In this document: in pieces, positions 60,441 to 64,000 of the stretch
How positions within the stretch are numbered: position 1 is the first letter of the stretch
How the letters are laid out: each line of letters starts with the position of its first letter
NCBI GenBank assembly: GCA_009692665.1
Contig: SHYT01000003.1
Coordinates: 66,389-130,388 of the forward strand
DNA: 64,000 nt
Direction: 5' to 3'
Origin: Dehalococcoidia bacterium
GTDB taxonomy: Bacteria > Chloroflexota > Dehalococcoidia > Lucifugimonadales > SHYT01
Translations under genes and position numbers: made by a program
Notes under the pieces: model-generated
The model's input: only the letters and a program-made list of their open reading frames with translations
Told to the model about the DNA's origin: nothing
Databases searched by the model: none

Positions 60441-61820
60441 TTATACCGTCCTTTGTGCCGTGGGCTGCTCAATCTCCGGATACAGCTCCGGGGGGATGCC
60501 TTTGATAAACTCGCGCATCTCAGCCGCCACAAACAGCGAGCCGATGCCGAGCACGAGGTCAAAGCGTCCAGCGTGCGCCAGCGCTTGATTGGTAGCCTCT
60601 TCAATCGTTGGAGCCTCAATGGCCTTGGCGCCGCGCGCGCGGAACATCTCGGCCACCTGCGCTGCGGGCACCGAGCGGGGGTGCCGCGACTGCGTTGCAA
60701 TCACAAGCGCCGGGTTCAGCTTTGCGGCCTGCTCCACAATGCCGTCCCCATCGTGGCCCTTAGTCAGGCCGGCAATCAGAAAAAGCTTGTTGTGCGGAAC
60801 GTAGTCTTGCAGCGTTTCGCCAATCACCCGCATGGAGTACGGGTTATGCGCACCGTCCGCAACCACTAGCGGCACGCGCTGGAGCACTTCCAGGCGGGCA
60901 GGCCACTGCACCTGCGCCAGGCCCTGTATCATCCCCGCGATGGTCAGGCCCCCCCCGCGCGTCTGCATCTCTTCCACCACACCAACGGCGCAGGTTACGT
61001 TCTCGATTTGGTGGCGTCCCAACAGCGGCAGCCGGATGCGGTACTCCTGGTCTAGCCCCGCCACAAAAATGGTCTGCCCGTCCAGGTCGCACTCCACCAT
61101 GGTGGCGCGATAGCGGTTGGCCACATTCACCAATTTCACGCCTCTTCGAGCTGCCGCCCGCTCAATAATGCGGAGCGCGCCCGGCTGTTGGGGCGCCGTC
61201 ACTACCACGGCGCCAGGCTTGATTATGCCGGACTTATCGCGCGCTATCGCCTCAACGGTGTCTCCCAGGACCTGTGTGTGGTCCAGGCTGATAGACGTGA
61301 TGACGCACGCCTTCGGGTCCTTGATGACGTTGGTGGCGTCCAGCTTGCCGCCAAGGCCAACCTCCAGCACCTGAAGCTCGCAGTGCTCTTGGTGGAAGCA
61401 CAGGAACGCCATCGCCGTCAGCATCTCAAACGTAGTGACTGGCCCGTCGGGGTCTGAGGCGTTCATCGCTTCCAGATGCGGCCAGATCTGCTCCACCAGT
61501 GCGGCAAACATATCCTCGCTGATCGGCTCGTTGTTCAACTGGATGCGCTCGCAGAATGTATGCAGGTGAGGAGACGTGTAAAGGCCCGTCTTCAGGCTGG
61601 ATGCCTGGCCAATAGAGCTCAGCATCGCGGACACGCTGCCCTTGCCCTTGGTGCCCGTAATGTGGATGGCCGGCACTTGCAAGTGCGGATTGCCCAGGCG
61701 CTCCAGCAGCCGGTCCATCCGGGATAGGTCATAACGCCGCTGGGGGTTCACCTGCCCGGCGGTGCCGCGCTCAAAGTCAGTCAGGCTCAGCAGCCGTTGA
61801 AGGGCGCTGCGGTAGGACAC
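60441..61820 (-). CDS. folC: Folylpolyglutamate synthase/dihydrofolate synthase
   Basis: HITGTKGKGS, TSPHL, EVGLGGKLDATN, DGAHNP. Confidence 0.95.
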   Translation of the reverse strand: MSYRSALQRLLSLTDFERGTAGQVNPQRRYDLSRMDRLLERLGNPHLQVPAIHITGTKGKGSVSAMLSSIGQASSLKTGLYTSPHLHTFCERIQLNNEPISEDMFAALVEQIWPHLEAMNASDPDGPVTTFEMLTAMAFLCFHQEHCELQVLEVGLGGKLDATNVIKDPKACVITSISLDHTQVLGDTVEAIARDKSGIIKPGAVVVTAPQQPGALRIIERAAARRGVKLVNVANRYRATMVECDLDGQTIFVAGLDQEYRIRLPLLGRHQIENVTCAVGVVEEMQTRGGGLTIAGMIQGLAQVQWPARLEVLQRVPLVVADGAHNPYSMRVIGETLQDYVPHNKLFLIAGLTKGHDGDGIVEQAAKLNPALVIATQSRHPRSVPAAQVAEMFRARGAKAIEAPTIEEATNQALAHAGRFDLVLGIGSLFVAAEMREFIKGIPPELYPEIEQPTAQRTV

Positions 61821-61886
61821 GAAAGAGGCCTCCTAGGCCGGAAGACTGGGAAATTATCTGTGCCCCCCATTGTAACGTTTTCATGC

Positions 61887-62858
61887 CTACGATGCTGTCG
61901 GGCCTTGCTCCATCAGCTGCTGTGGCAGCCCAAGCCCTATGAGCACACGCACCCCGTCCAACCAGCGCACCTGCTGCAGATAGCCAAGATTGCCGCGTAC
62001 TGGCCGCGGCGCAAACCCGAAGGCCTTCACAATGGCATCGGTCTCGGTAACGTTGTCTCTGTTCAGCAGTTGAAGTTGCTCAGAGGTGACGGGTGGCGTA
62101 GGCAGCAAGCGTCCCATGAGCCATGCCATGCCCCGCATGAGCGGCATGGGCACGTGAAGCTTGAGCCGCTTGCGCACGCCCATCGCTTCAGCCACACGGT
62201 CCAGTATCTCGTTATACGAAAGTGTCTCCGGCCCGCCGATGTTCAGCGCCCGGCCCGCGTACCCAGGGTCGCTGAGTGAAAGCGCTATGCACCGCGCCAC
62301 ATCCTGCACAGCCACTGGCTGGAACCGCGTCCGTCCGCCGCCTGCGACAGGCACCACCGAGCCCAGGCGTTGCAGGGCCGCCAGCAGGTTAAAGAACTCG
62401 TCGCCGAGGCCGAACAGAAGGGAGGGCCTCAGGATCGTGTACGGCACGTCGCTTTTGAGGACCTCTTGCTCGCCAAGCCACTTGGAGCGGAAGTAGTGCA
62501 GTCCCGGCTCGTCCGCCGCGCCAAGCACGCTGATGTGAACAATGCGCCGCACACCTGCCTCTTGCGCGGCCTGAGCAACCGTGCGCGTGCCCGCCACGTT
62601 CACCAAATCAAATGTGCCGGCATGTTTGGACTCGCGGATGACGGCAACCAGGTGGACTACTGCGTCGATGCCTTGCATGGCGCTGCGCACAGATGCTGCG
62701 TCGCGCACGTCACCGGTAACCAGCGCAGGGCGTGGGCCGAGGACCTGGCGGGCGCGTTCTGGGTTGCGCACCAGGCAGCACACCGGCATGCCCTGCGCAG
62801 CCAGTTCAGCCACGGTGTAGCGGCCAAGAAGTCCGGTGGCTCCGGTGACCAGGATCAT
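61887..62858 (-). CDS. NDUFA9-like atypical SDR (NAD(P)-binding)
   Basis: ILVTGATGLLG, YFRSK, LRPSLLFG, FQPVAVQDVA. Confidence 0.85.
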   Translation of the reverse strand: MILVTGATGLLGRYTVAELAAQGMPVCCLVRNPERARQVLGPRPALVTGDVRDAASVRSAMQGIDAVVHLVAVIRESKHAGTFDLVNVAGTRTVAQAAQEAGVRRIVHISVLGAADEPGLHYFRSKWLGEQEVLKSDVPYTILRPSLLFGLGDEFFNLLAALQRLGSVVPVAGGGRTRFQPVAVQDVARCIALSLSDPGYAGRALNIGGPETLSYNEILDRVAEAMGVRKRLKLHVPMPLMRGMAWLMGRLLPTPPVTSEQLQLLNRDNVTETDAIVKAFGFAPRPVRGNLGYLQQVRWLDGVRVLIGLGLPQQLMEQGPTAS

Positions 62859-63055
62859 ACACATCCTATGCGGCCGGCATTCGGAGTTTATGTGTTCTTG
62901 TTTGTACTGCCAGGCTTGAAGACCAAAGTGCTGAAATGAAGAACGCAAGCACCGCGAACGCCATAGCCATGCACCCCACTGGCCTCCACTGACGATGAGG
63001 CACACGCGATGCGGTCTAGCCCAGACTTCTGCGCCTGTTCCCCATACCGTTCTTC

Positions 63056-64000
63056 CTAGCGCGTCAACCTAACAAGGACGCGCCGGAGCGCTGCGGTCAG
63101 GGTGTCAACTTCCTTTTCAGTGATTGCCGTGGACAAGCTCCCCAGCATCGTGGGGTACAGGAAAACGCCCTCGTTGAGCAGGCCTAGGAACACTTCATGG
63201 CGGAACTGGGTGCCCACTGTCAGCACGTCCCGGTAGCTGCGCACGGGCTGTCGCGTGAAGTGAATCCCGAACAGCGGGCCGAGTCCAGTGACCTGCGCTG
63301 GTGTCTCCAACTCATTGCACAACTGCTGCACCTGCTGCCGCAGACGGTCGCCAAGCGCGTTTAGCCGCTCATGAGCCGCCGGCGTGAGCATCTGGAAGGT
63401 CGCTATGCCCGCGGCCATAGCGAGCGGATGGCCATTGAATGTGCCCGCGTGGTTGAGCGGTGCGGGGCCTTGCTGGTGTTCGTACACAGCCATGACGTCC
63501 TTGCGCCCGCCAAACGCGCCGGCGGCCAGGCCGCCGCCAATGATTTTCCCGAACGCGGTCATGTCCGGCTTGATGTTGTACCACTCCTGCGCGCCGCCGG
63601 TAGCGACTTGGAACGTGATGACTTCATCAAAGACGAGCAGAATACCATACTTGCTGGTGACTGACCGCAGCATAGCCAGGTATTCAGGGTCTGCCGGAAT
63701 CATGCCGCCGGAGCCGAGCATAGGCTCAAGAAAGACAGCTGCCAACTCTTTATGATGCTCCGTCAGCAGTTGGCGGGCGGCTTCCGTGTTGTTGTACGGC
63801 AAGACCACTACGTTTTCAATGACCGACTGTGGAAGACCCACGTCTGCGGGTACCTGATTAGGGCGCTCAGCGCGTCCCAGCACGGCTAGACTGGAGGGCT
63901 GCACACTGACGGCCAATGCTTCATGTGTGCCGTGATAGCCGCCCTCGCATTTGGCTATCTTCGTCCGGCCGGTAAAGGCACGGGCTGCGCGTACGCAGTT
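63056..64000 (-). CDS. Class III PLP aminotransferase (GSA-aminomutase-like), 5' end outside the window
   Basis: KCEGGYHG, LEP.LG.GG, LVFDEVIT, TAFGKIIGGGL, HAGTFNGHP. Confidence 0.9.
   Translation of the reverse strand, partial: NCVRAARAFTGRTKIAKCEGGYHGTHEALAVSVQPSSLAVLGRAERPNQVPADVGLPQSVIENVVVLPYNNTEAARQLLTEHHKELAAVFLEPMLGSGGMIPADPEYLAMLRSVTSKYGILLVFDEVITFQVATGGAQEWYNIKPDMTAFGKIIGGGLAAGAFGGRKDVMAVYEHQQGPAPLNHAGTFNGHPLAMAAGIATFQMLTPAAHERLNALGDRLRQQVQQLCNELETPAQVTGLGPLFGIHFTRQPVRSYRDVLTVGTQFRHEVFLGLLNEGVFLYPTMLGSLSTAITEKEVDTLTAALRRVLVRLTR

Overview
GC-rich bacterial chromosomal segment, most likely Chloroflexota/Dehalococcoidia (SAR202-like). That taxonomy is inferred from the long GreA, the rny-ymdB-PHP-plsY order, F420-type enzymes, a Gram-positive-type T-box and LexA box, and a complex I without NuoEFG. 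Most of the window is housekeeping: rpsL-rpsG-fusA; a Trp T-box-controlled trpE-trpS-trpG-trpD-trpC-trpF-trpB cluster with three non-trp inserts and no trpA; glyA; rpsF-ssb-rpsR; hom-thrC; tsaD; rny; uvrA; nuoABCD-HIJKLMN; pyrG; fsa/tal; rho; fabF; folC. I found no tRNA, rRNA, CRISPR array or intact transposase. The best leads are: (1) a 36-aa single-TM microprotein translationally coupled between nuoD and nuoH that duplicates the unusual N-terminus of NuoH; (2) a self-contained ~150-nt transcription unit (promoter, perfect SD, 17-codon ORF, long hairpin, terminator) at 38041-38229; (3) a GNAT/FemAB-fold + MshA-like + MshB-like + MFS cluster suggesting an MshC-independent mycothiol-like pathway; (4) layered trp regulation (T-box, Trp-containing uORF, Cys-rich protein, stand-alone Lrp/AsnC ligand-binding domain); (5) GreA fused to a tyrosine-recombinase-like core-binding domain. 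Five genes are disrupted by frameshift or nonsense changes. All assignments are by-eye motif recognition; no searches were run.
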